A stretch of 55,609 bases of DNA, filler included, from Circinaria calcarea (taxonomy: Eukaryota): assembly GCA_051942165.1 (NCBI GenBank). It is 2 parts of 2 records of this genome, joined end to end, with 100 filler letters (N's around TTAATTAATTAA, not from the genome) between each part and the next. Parts side by side here need not be neighbours in the genome. Positions count along the whole stretch, not along the records: positions 27,867 to 55,609 come from JAVECS010000063.1; 1 more part is not named here. The stretch is one strand, 5' to 3'. Position 1 is the first letter of the stretch. Each line of letters opens with the position of its first letter. The notes below the pieces were generated by a model. The model saw nothing but the letters and a program-made list of their open reading frames with translations, was not told where the DNA came from and did no database searches. Both the position numbers and the translations under genes were made by a program. Shown here one piece after another: positions 36,570 through 47,987 of this stretch.

Positions 36570-37652
36570 TCAACACGCAAACCCACAATCAAAATCCCGA
36601 TTCTCGTTCACATGCTCCCAGGCCCCAGATCTACACGGCCCCGCATCGTCATTCCTCCATTCCCTCAAGTTGTAGTTCATTCTCATCGGCCACATGTTCG
36701 TTTCCCACGGCTTCGATTCCTTAGCGAACACAACACCTTCCAAGATCCCTAGCTGAGTAAATACAACCGGATGCGGAAGGACTGACTTCAGGGAAAACGT
36801 GTTTGTAGTGTCATAGGTCAAAGTGACGTTCGCGGAACCGATAAGTCTCTGGGCGGCGTCGAAGATGGTGATGGCTGAGATGATTGAAACGCAGCCCTTG
36901 AAGTTGAAGCGCATGCATGTGTAGGAATAGACTTGTCGGACGTGTAAACCGCACCAGCTAGGTGTATACGGAAGCCGAGTAACAGTCGCATTTCCAAGCT
37001 CGTTATCCCCTAAGCTACTTTTGGTAGGCTTGTTGATGTCTTCAGGTGAAGAGCCTTGCGTCTTCGGAGGCGGTTGTTTATGTTCTGTAGGGTCACTGCT
37101 CGTAAGTGTGGCGCTTTGAATGCTCGGGCTTTCTGCCGGAATGGGGTTGCTTGGTTCTGTGCCTTTAGAACCCAAGGCTGTATTGCTAGCGCTTTCGAGA
37201 GCTCCCTCCGTTTCGACTTGTATGCTTTCGGGATCGGGGGTGTTGTCGTTGCTAGAAATGATCTTTTCCTTCGTGGTCGAAGTCGAACTTCTACGTTCGC
37301 TAGCTTTATGGTTGGAAACCTCAGGCTGGTTATTGCCGTCGTTTTCAATGTGTGAAGGATGCAGGCCATGGGATCCGTCTGCAAAAGTCCTTGCGCCGAT
37401 TACAGGCATATAACGGGATAATTGGGCAATCCTGTAGCCGGGGGCCGACACCTGACGACGTGATACTGCGTTGTTGGCTACGGTGCTATTTTCCGCAAGT
37501 AGCTGTACCTCTATGTCGGCTATACCTTCCCATGTTGGAAGATGAAATGGAACCATTCCCAAAGTCGACGGATATCTAATCGGCAATGCATCTGTTCGAG
37601 GTAGTGAAGCAAAAATGGCAACGAGGAAGTAGGCTTGAAACAGTAATATCAT
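36570..37652 (-). CDS. Putative secreted protein: signal peptide, S/T/P/E-rich linker, Cys/Trp C-terminal domain
   Basis: Intronless 360-aa ORF with a hydrophobic N-terminus. The C-terminal part reads WCGLHVRQ...ITIFDA...SVLP...W...C..GAW....RDFDCGFAC. Confidence 0.75.
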   Translation of the reverse strand: MILLFQAYFLVAIFASLPRTDALPIRYPSTLGMVPFHLPTWEGIADIEVQLLAENSTVANNAVSRRQVSAPGYRIAQLSRYMPVIGARTFADGSHGLHPSHIENDGNNQPEVSNHKASERRSSTSTTKEKIISSNDNTPDPESIQVETEGALESASNTALGSKGTEPSNPIPAESPSIQSATLTSSDPTEHKQPPPKTQGSSPEDINKPTKSSLGDNELGNATVTRLPYTPSWCGLHVRQVYSYTCMRFNFKGCVSIISAITIFDAAQRLIGSANVTLTYDTTNTFSLKSVLPHPVVFTQLGILEGVVFAKESKPWETNMWPMRMNYNLREWRNDDAGPCRSGAWEHVNENRDFDCGFAC

Positions 37653-38999
37653 TATCGTGACGATGTTGACGCTTCACCAGAGACAGGTCATAATAAAACA
37701 ACGAAGAGTCCGTAAAAGGCAAGTAAAAGTGAGCATATCTAAACTGGATGTACTTACTCTTGAAGATCGAGAATATGAAAGCTCGTCAACGTCTTTGACA
37801 CGCGGGGTTCCAGGTGAGTAATGTGGAAGATGCTTTGGGGCATCCAACATACGACGCCAACAAACAACAACAATCTGACGAGAGAAGCAGAGGGAGAAAG
37901 TTAGTTCATAGTAGCTAGATTAACGACGGACGCCTCCAGGATCGCAGGGACTTTAAAGGTTCTGCGCAAAACTCATGTGAGATGGTGTCTTATGAGGAAG
38001 AGAAAGGGTGCTCACAACACCAACATAGCGTCGAGCAAGATACAACAGAAGGTGGCCAACACCGCTGAGGATTCTGCATCGTTGACAAGGTTATGGTGGT
38101 CAACGTTGGTAAGCGTTGGAAAAGAAGCAAAGCAGACCTTTCGAGTACGGTAAGCTAGGAAATATGGTAGAAGCTTAGATCCAACTATTGAAATCTACAT
38201 ACCAGACAAGGCCGTGTGAATGGTTCTTTGATTATGTCAATTGTACTTAAGTGTACGGCATAGATTAATCTAAATCTAGCCTTGGTATTCCAATAGAGTA
38301 CCTTAACGGGAAGCACGTGGCCTTAAGCAACTCATCACCGATCGTCCACACCTGCATTTCTTCCATCTATCCCTTAAAGCAAGGAACGCACGGTTCGGTC
38401 TGCCGAGCAACAGCGTAAGGGATACGGAGTCCATCACCCTCGAACTTGGATCCATTGTTGCGACTACAAACAAATCTTTCGGTGGGTTGTCTCTTTATCT
38501 TACTTCGCAGCTACTTCTATTCCACCGTAGACTATCTGTTTGCTCACTCAACTTCCCCCAAGGTACGGGAAACCTAGGGCCTTGCCTCGTTACGATTGCA
38601 AGAAACGCTTCGATAGGGTCCACATGGTACCTATCTGATGAATACGAATTTATACAAATCATGTGGACGATGCTTCGTCTAATGCGCGTCGTTTACTCTT
38701 GCAGGTATCGTCCGCAAATGGTTAAAAGGTACGGAGTTGAAATTATACGATAAGGTGGATATAAGAAATCATACACTGCAATTTCGGCATAACGCCCCGA
38801 GTCTCCCAGAGATAGATAGGCATTATCGTGGATTTTCGCAACGCCCGATTCCGCTGAAAGCATTTCATTCCCCCGCTCATTGCTGGAAATTCGCGATAGA
38901 CTGATGAGTTAAAGAAGAACAACAGGCGCCTCCAAAGTTTCATGGCGAACTCGTCACGCCAGCGGCGGAGCGTATATAGCCGCTTGACAGTTGGTTACC

Positions 39000-40579
39000 T
39001 TAGCTGCTCACGGAGCTGATGCCGACTGGTAGACCGGGTTGTTGCGGCCCGGTAACGTGGCGCTTTTTCTCTTTCTTGGCCCAGCGGAGGCCGCATGCCT
39101 GGATGGACACCGGAGAAATTAGTACCCGCCAACTCAGCAAAGGCGGCTCGGTAACTCGGGAGATACGTACATTGCATAACGTCTTGGGCCCATTGGGTCC
39201 TTTCCTCCACTCTGGTGAGTCCAGAGTCCCGCAGTCGGTACATACGTACTCATCCGCTACCTTGAGTTTCTTCTTCTTGTCGGTTCCTCTATTCTCTTTG
39301 TCGACTGGGATCGCGATCCCCGCATCACCTCTGATTAGAGCGGGGCTCGCGTCTCCGGTACTTATGCCTTGACTACGCTCCCCATCACGATAGCGTAATC
39401 CGGTCAGCATTTCGATAGTCTCGATATGCGTAGCCCCTTCGTAGCGAGCCATTTTGTCGTTGATGCTGTCGGGCTTTAAGGAAGCGTTTGCTTCGTCAAG
39501 GTTTTGTTGCGTGAGAGCTGTATTGGAGACGGAGGGTTTGGCGGGCGGAGGCATGCCGTTGTAGTCGTTGGAGCCTTGAACGGATGTCATCGATGCTGAG
39601 CCGGGAGGTTCGGACTCGGTGCGTTGAGTTTCTGAAGGTGTGACGCTTCCGTGGCCTTCTTGCTTCTTCTGCCAGTGCCGCTGTTGTGCTTCGGCGTCTT
39701 CCTGCTCCTCTTTACGCAAATCGTTGATGCGCTTTGTTAGGCGCTCATTTTCAATCTTATGCTCTAAGAAGGAGTCGAGGAGGTTGGCGTTCTTCGTGGG
39801 ATAGGGGCGCGCCATCATGAAGAAGCCTCTGCAGAAGCCGGCGGCGTTATTGGGCCCGAATGCTGCGGCCTCGGAGGTAAGGTGCGGATGGCCATGGGAC
39901 TCAAAGATTGTGTAGGTATCGTCGGATTTGCGGAACCGGTAGAAGAAGCGAAGAGGGTTGCCTGAGGCGATGGATTCGTTGAATTCGCGAATGAAAATGC
40001 CGCTGTCGTCTGAGTGGATGAAGTTGACGATAAATTTTCCGACCAGCTCGTCTTGCTCGTAACCTGTGAGCGCCTTGCTTGAAGGGGATACGTAGAGTAT
40101 TCGTCCATCTGGGGTGAGAATGTGAAGAAAGTCCTTGAGCTCTTCGAGAACTCTTTGAGACCAGTTGCGGCGTTTTGTAAACTCTGTCAGCGTACTGCCC
40201 CCATTTATATTTGCTTGCGCACCAAAGCCAGTAGGTAGAGGACCAGCGCCGGCGCCAGTCATCGTCTTGTTGGCGGTTGCCGCATCATTGGATTCATTTG
40301 CCAGCCGCTGTTGCCCGTTGACCTGCGGTTCAACAGGAGTGTAGGTCTGCGGATCCGGATCGTTGAGATTGAGATCGAGGTTCATCGGGAGCATGTCCAC
40401 ATCCAGACCGTTCATCATATCGCCGCCGTGTTCGAGCATATCTGTCATCGAGGCGTCCCCTCCGCCCATAACCACCATCTGCGTCTATCAGCTTGAGCGC
40501 AGCCATCAGATCGCATGTTGCTTACGTCCGTGGCAAGATGGGAGGACAGCCCATCGCGCCCATTGTCGTATAATGACAT
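39000..40579 (-). CDS. wc-2: White collar-2 / LreB (PAS + GATA zinc finger)
   Basis: LTEFTKRRNW, PAS domain, LDSFLEHKIENERL coiled coil and CTDCGTLDSPEWRKGPNGPKTLCN|ACGLRW. Introns ~40479-40525 and 39099-39170. A further upstream in-frame exon is possible. Confidence 0.95.
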
Positions 40580-40820
40580 GTCCAACCGCGCCGTAATTGG
40601 ACCATTGGAATATGCCTGGATGTAGCAGCGTAATCAGGGTAGATAAGGTTTCCACGTTACAGTTGAACAACTCCTCAACTTGCACATGTTCTCGCTTCCT
40701 TTTCGTGAGTGAATGCCCCGCGTTTACATCGCGAATACCCTAGCTCTCTATTATATCTCTCATCGTACGTGAGTCTCACTCTCTGCTAAAAGTTAGAGGT
40801 CGTCGAACTCGTCAGTAAAC

Positions 40821-43800
40821 ATGTAAGTACTTCAACGCTCTGGTTTACGACACGGTCATGCTGATATGATCTTGTAGGTGTAAGGCCTCTGACCTTCCAA
40901 GCAAAGTACTGCTCACCGGAAGTCCTGACTTACGATCTCATCTGTAGCGAAAATCGACAAGCTCTCTATCTTGGGGTATATACACTATGCCCGGTAACAT
41001 GAGGCCACAGCTTAACAGTTGTGTCACAGCATTCGATCATTTGACAACACCCGTGCCGAGACTATCCAGTTTCATACCCCTCTGACTCTCATTGTGGGAT
41101 ACAACGGTTCGGGAAAGACGGTAAGTTACACTCAATTATAATGTGGTACGTACTAACCGGTGTTGAAGACCATCATCGAGTGTCTCAAGTATGCTACTAC
41201 CGGAGACCAGCCGCCTAATGTTAAAGGTGGAGCATTTATCCATGATCCTAAGGTAAGCGGCAGATCGAAACCCTACAAGCAACCTATAGGCACGGACTAA
41301 GACGACTGTAGCTATGTGGCGAAAAAGAGGTTCTCGCCCAGGTCAAGCTATCATTCAAGGGCACTAGCGGAGCAAAGATGGTGGTCACAAGGAGCTTGCA
41401 GCTGACCGTAAAGAAGACCGCAAGGACTATGAAGACGCTGGAAGGACAACTGTTGATGCTCAAGGACGGGGAGCGGACGGCGATCTCGTCGCGTGTTGCA
41501 GAACTAGACCAGATCATGCCGCAGTACCTTGGCGTATCTAAAGCTATCCTGGACTCGGTCATATTCTGCCATCAAGACGAGAGTTTATGGCCCATGAGCG
41601 AGCCTTCAGCTCTTAAAAAGCGATTTGATGAGATATTTGAAGCGCTCAAATATACCAAGGCAATCGACAATATCAAGGCGCTGAGGAAGTCGCAAAACGA
41701 GCAGCTGGGGAAATTTAAAATCATGGAGCAGCATGCAAAGGAGGACAAAGATAAAGCGGACAAGGTAGTGGCGATCTGGAGATTCGGTTATGTTATCTTT
41801 GCTAAATCTGACCTAGGCTGAGAAGAAATCTCGTGAATTGTCCGGCGAGATCGAAGCTCTACGAGCAGAGACACAGGATCTTCACAACAAAGCGAAAGAT
41901 GCCAGGGACAAGGCTGAGGAAGCCTGGAACGAAGTCGCTACATTTACACAAGTAGTAGAATCGTTGAAGGCCGCCCGGAAAAACCAGGAATGGTATGAAA
42001 AGCATCTTGCTGACCTTAGTGAAGATCTTAAAGAGCGTACCGAATCCGATGAATGGCTCCAATCTGAGCTAGACCAATACGAAGAACGGATGAAAATCTA
42101 TGAGAAGCGCCAGTCGGAACAAGCGAAGCGTTACGAAGACGTCAAGGGGGAAATCGTCCAGGTTCGGAAGAATCAGAGTGATCGGCGTATTGAAGCTGGG
42201 AAGCACGAGCAAAGGAAAACTACCCACGAGCAGAAAATCAAAGACCGTGCGGCGGAAATTAAGAAGTCCGCTCGAGAGCACGGAATCAGAGGCTATGATA
42301 CGGAACTGGACGATATGCAAATAAATGAGTTCATGGATAGAATATCCAAGCTCAGCAAGGATCAAAACACCAAGGTAGAAAGACTACGCCGAGGAAACGC
42401 CGCCGAGATGCAAAAAATACAAGCAGAGTTAGACATCTTGCGAGAACGACGGTCAGCATTGCAGGAAGGCAGAAAATTAGCGAAAGAGCAGATAGAGGTT
42501 AACGATCGAAAACTTATCTCGTCTCATTCAGAGCTCAACAATATGACGATGGACGAGGGCGGAAAGGCTATAATCGAATCGACCATTGAAGATCTTAATG
42601 ATAGAATCCAAAAGGCGAAACAAGACCTGCTCAAGGGAGCTTGGGATGTCAAAATCAAGGAAGCCAACGTTCAGTTGCGGTCGCTTGAGGACGAGAGTGC
42701 GTCACTGAATCGAGAACTAATTCAAGGAACTAAGCAGGCTGGGAATCTTGCAAGATTAGAACACCTAAAGCGAGAATCTAAAGATCGCCAAACAAGGCTT
42801 GAAAAGATGACCGGCGTCCATGGAGATAGACTTCGCGGTATTGTTAGCCAAGCATGGCAACCTTCGACACTTGAGGCAGATTTCAAACGCGTTATGGACG
42901 AAAAAAATCGTCAAGTCGCAGACGCTAAAAATCAGGTAGACGAAGCTAACAGAGAACTCGAACAGATCAACTTCAAGCTGAAGACAAGTCGATTTGAGCT
43001 GAAGAGAAAGGAAAAAGAAGCAGAGGCTTCAGCAATTATCGTACGAGATAGTATCCAAGGAGAAAATCCAGAGGACTATCCAGAAGTCCTAGCTGAGCTT
43101 CAAACCAATCGGGATATCCGTAAACAAGACGTCGATGGTTTTAAAGCTTTCCGAAAGTGGTACAGTGACTGCCTTGACGTTGCCAACTCGAACAACGCTT
43201 GCCACTTATGTTCGAGACCTTTCCGAGAGGAGAAGGCCTTGAGAACTTTCGTTGCGAAGCTGGAAAAGCAAGTATCTAGGAAAGATTTGGATATCTTACA
43301 AGAGGACCTGAAGCAATTTGAAAAAGATCTTCAAAAAGCTCGGGATGCTGGATCTAGTTATGACACATGGGTGCGGCTATCGGAAAAGGAGATACCGGCA
43401 CTACGAGCAGAGGTATCCAAGTACGAAGAACAGCGCGAGAACTTTGTCCGTCAAGTCGAAGAATACGACATGAAGCTCAGAGAACGCGAAGAAGCCAGTG
43501 TAGATGCAGGGACTCTCCAAGTCGCTGTTACGAATATTACCAAGTATAATAACGAGTTTAACGACCTTCAGAGTCAGATTCGCGAGCTTACTACGAAACA
43601 GCAAGACCTTGGTCTGTCGCGCACCCTCGAAGATGTACAGCAGGAAATCGAATCATTAGGAGAGAAATCGCGAACGCTACGGAGCAGTATAGACAAACTA
43701 CAGGCTGACGAACAGAGGAACCGTGGGCAAATCAGTGCCCTAGAGTTGGAACTCGGGAAATCTAGGAATAAACTCACGACAGCAAACCACGAATTGGAAA

Positions 43801-45176
43801 AGAGAGCAAACATCGCTGCCCAAATCGAGGACCTAAAGAAATCCCACCTGGAGCAACGTGATGCAATGGGTAAGTTTGATGCACAACTTCAAAAATTATC
43901 TCTGCAGTTTGCGGAGCAGGAGATGAAACGTGATGATATCAAGCAGCGTGCCGAGAGCAAAGAGAGAGAATTGCAACAGGAAGCGACTAGCCTTGCAGAT
44001 AGTGTCCGGAGTCTTCAGCGAGCTGATCAGGACATCCGAGCATACATTGATGAGGGAGGTCCACTCAAATTAGCCAAATGCCAGCGGGAGATTCAGAATT
44101 TTGAGCAAGAAATAGTCCAACTGGAGGCTGATCTTAAGCAGATTACCATTGAGATTAACAAGATCAGAGAAGAATTGGGAAGTCATGACCAAAATAAGAG
44201 AGTGATTAGCGACAACTTGAAGTATAGGAAAACTCTGAAGGAACTGGATGCTGTGAAGGGTGAGATCGCACGCTTAAGTGCGCAGAATGCCGAGGCGGAT
44301 CAGGAAGACCACAAACTGAAGGCAGAAAAGTGGCAACGGCAATACAATCGTTTTAGCACCGAAGAGACGAGCAAGATGGGTATCATGAAGGCAAAGGACG
44401 ATCAGTTGCTACAGCTTCTGAATGACTGGGATACGGACTACAAAGACGCGGCCTTCAAGTACAAGGAGGCCCATATCAAGGTCGAGGTAAGTAATGCACC
44501 AATCTCTAGCAGCACCTGTAGTCCACTCACTACTCTAGACAACGAAAGCAGCCGTAGAGGACCTTGGTCGATATGGAGGCGCGTTGGATAAGTACGCCTC
44601 ACCCCGCTCCTACCTGGCATATACGCGTCTCAGAGCTGATATCTACGCAGGGCAATTATGAAGTACCATACACTCAAGATGGAGGAGATCAATCGTATCA
44701 TCGAAGAGCTATGGAAGAAGACCTACCAAGGCACCGACGTCGATACCATATTGATCCGGTCCGACAACGAAACCGGAAAGGGCAATCGAGCTTATAACTA
44801 CCGTGTGTGCATGGTCAAGCAGGACGCCGAAATGGACATGCGCGGCCGTTGCAGCGCCGGTCAGAAGGTCTTGGCTTGTATCATCATCCGCTTGGCGTTG
44901 GCTGAGTGCTTTGGGGTCAACTTTGGACTCATTGCGTTGGATGAGCCGACGACGAATCTGGATCTCGATAACGTCCGTTCCCTTGCTCAGTCCCTTCACG
45001 ATATCATCAAAGCCCGGCGGCAGCAGTCCAACTTCCAGCTCATTGTCATCACCCACGACGAAGGTTTCCTGAGGGCTATGAACTGCGCGGATTTTGCCGA
45101 CTACTACTGGCGGGTGTCGAGAAACGACAGGCAAAAGTCGATCATCGAGAGGCAGTCTATCGCGGAAGTAATGTAA
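40821..45176 (+). CDS. RAD50: DNA repair ATPase Rad50 (MRX/MRN)
   Basis: [15 protein letters not shown], Walker A GYNGSGKT, long coiled coil, zinc hook CHLC, signature RCSAGQ and Walker B/D-loop LDEPTTNLD. Introns 40823-40877, 40880-40947, 40976-41029, 41121-41168, 41253-41311, 41765-41816, 44487-44538, 44592-44650. Confidence 0.96.
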
Positions 45177-46459
45177 CCACACAGACACTGTTTACCCTCC
45201 GGCGTTCGGAGCATTGAAGGACACGATGTACATGGCGTTGGCCCGTGCATCCCTTCTCGCAGGAGCCTGCTCGTGATCATGGCGCATGGAGAATAGCATC
45301 GTTGGCGTACTGCGGCCGTTAAGCGCAAGTATTTACATTTACCATTGTAGCTACCTCGTTGCCATGAACCCTCTGCTTTGGCGAATTAGCCGACAGTTTC
45401 ACCAAGATGGACAGGGGCAAAGTGCATTGGAAGTCGCAATATAGATTAGGTTTGACCAGTGCGCTTGGTTGTTGCCGCGCGACCTTGAAATTTAGCTCCC
45501 ATTGGACCTGTCGCCACTGTGCTTCCTCTGGCAGAACATTGGCAATGATGACAATAATATAGCTAATGCATTGATAGTACAAGCAGAGGCCGAGGTCACT
45601 ACTTTTCCGTCAGTTTGATCCAAGTGTCTCACATGGAAGGCGACTACTATTTTTAAGATTGGTTTCATTAGCCGTTGGGAGCGTTTGGGCTCCAGTTAAA
45701 TAATAAGCTTCATAGCTGTTTCCGGCACTGGGCCCATTAATTCCCATGTTTGGGCGATCGACGGTCGCGTGCGGAAAAAGCGCCCGCTGGATCCCTGCAA
45801 AGCGAACTTATTTTTTGGTGATGAAATCATCCCTGCGACTGTCTGCCGTTGCCCCTGCGCAAACGCCTTCCCAAGCAGCCAATGCCGGCGACATGCAGAG
45901 GAGAAAAGCCCTTGCCGTTACTTTAATCATGACTTGCCCCCAGCCAACGCCGCCATCTTCTCAACGCACCCGGACAGAATGCCATCATTGTGGAGTCATG
46001 GTAAGATCAGGGAAATGGAGCACGCGCCAACTCGACATGCAATACAGGCGATACGTGGTATGGCCTCCTCGCTCGGGGAAGAAACGAGCCACAGGTTCAG
46101 GTCGTCGGACAGATACCTGAATCAAAGTACCAAAGGCAATGCTTCTCATCTGCAAATACGTGCATGTTTGCCTGTAGTCGTGACGCACAAGCAGCAGCTC
46201 TCTCGTGTTGCTCCTTGCTTGGCTTACCCCATATACTTAATAAACATTCCAACTGTTTATCCGCAAGACATCTCCGGCATTATCTTTAATTGGTCGTTTC
46301 AACTTCGCTGTATATAATCACTCTGCCAGTCAGTATATGGATCAGCATTCCTTTCCGGTTGCATCTATTTATCTCTCTTGTACGCTCATAACACCACCCC
46401 ATACCTCGACTTTCTGGTGAATCGCGTCCACTCCTTCCGACCTTCATTCTGCCATTAAG

Positions 46460-47987
46460 ATGCGCGTCCACTCCCTTATATCCGCCTTCCTCCTTGCCCA
46501 CCTAAGTCAATCGTAAGTTTTCAAGCCGGCATCAGAGGCAAAGCACCTTGAACTGACAGGTCGCCTTCATAGGAAACCGATCTTCAACCGGGGCCTTGGT
46601 TTCGACTTTGGGAAAGAGACCACTCGGGGTGTCAACATAGGGGGCTGGCTCGTCCTAGAACCGTAAGCAAGGCTAAGCATACCTTTGAGGAGAGATGATA
46701 TTGATGATGGCTATGCAGCTGGATAACGCCGTCTATCTTCCAGGCACAAAATGGCTCTGTTGTCGATGAATTCACACTGGCGCAAATGGTACCGAACGCC
46801 GCCGATATTCTTAAGAAGCACTGGGACACATGGGTATCGCTAGCCGATTTTCAAAAGATAGCAAATGCAGGCTTCAATACCGTTCGTATACCGGTAGGAT
46901 GTAAGGATGCATGCAATTACTGTTGGAGAAAGAAAAGATCGTACTGACATGATACAGACTGGTCGTATAAGAAGGTGGACGGCGAACCCTACATCCAAGG
47001 CGCGGCACCTTACGTAGATGCAGCCATCGACTGGGCACGGCAAACAGGTTTGAAGGTGTGGATCGATTTACACGGTGCTCCTGGCTCTCAGAATGGCTTC
47101 GATAACTCAGGACATCGCATCAAGCCACCGGGATGGCAGAGTGGGGACAGCGTCCAGCAGACGCGAGAGGTTATCCAGATCCTTGCCAAGAAATATGCGC
47201 AGCCCTCGTACCAGGACGTGGTGGTTGCAATTCAGCTACTGAACGAACCACTTGCGTCTGCTCTTGCAAGTACTGATGTCCTCGTACAATTTTACAAGGA
47301 TGGTTATGGAGATGTGAGATCAGTCAGTGACACTCCAGTGGTCCTACATGATGCGTTTCAACAAGGTGGTTACTGGAACGATATACTTGCTCCACCTGGT
47401 GCTCGAAATGGTTAGTCCTTCAGGTTCCTTGGTTAAGAATGAGGCGAAGCTTGAAGCTCACCACCTCACAGTTGTCATCGATCACCATGAATACCAGGTA
47501 TTCTCTAACGATTTTGTGGCTATGCAACCTTGGGTAGGTTATCATCCCATCACTTTCTTCCTCGCATTGAATTAACGATGTTCAGCAACACCGTCAGCTT
47601 GTCTGCAATAATGCCGCCTCCTACGCTGGCAACACGAAACACTGGCTTATTGTTGGCGAGTGGACCGCCGCCATGACGGACTGCGCCGCAGCCTTGAATG
47701 GTTATGGTATCGGAGCTCGCTACGATGGTACCTATCCTGACAGCAAATTCGTCGGCTCCTGCGAGAAGATTAATTTCATCGACACGTGGCCTCAGTCGTA
47801 CCGGGATGATATGAGAGGATATATCGAAGCTCAGCTCGAAGTCTACGAGCAGTATACTCGCGGATGGATCTTTTGGAATTTCAAGACTGAAGCCAGCGCG
47901 GAATGGGATTTGTTCCGCTTGCTAGACGCGGGAATTTTTCCGCAACCTTTGACCGACAGGAAATTTAACCAGATCTGCTCAGTCTAA
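46460..47987 (+). CDS. EXG1: Secreted GH5 exo-1,3-beta-glucanase
   Basis: Signal peptide, RGVNIGGWLVLEPW, IDLHGAPGSQNGFDNSG, catalytic NEP and GEW, and GWIFWNFKTE. Five short introns. Confidence 0.93.

Noticed and set aside
41378..45176. RAD50 split into several ORFs (pseudogene?)
   Set aside because: All breaks are explained by canonical introns that restore the frame.
45746..46317. Overlapping 124- and 182-aa ORFs upstream of the glucanase
   Set aside because: No homology I can recognise. Likely promoter region.
46513..46620. Suspected frameshift at the 5' end of the GH5 glucanase
   Set aside because: Using the CATAG acceptor, the frame reads SKPIFNRGLGFDFGKETTRGVNIGGW without interruption.
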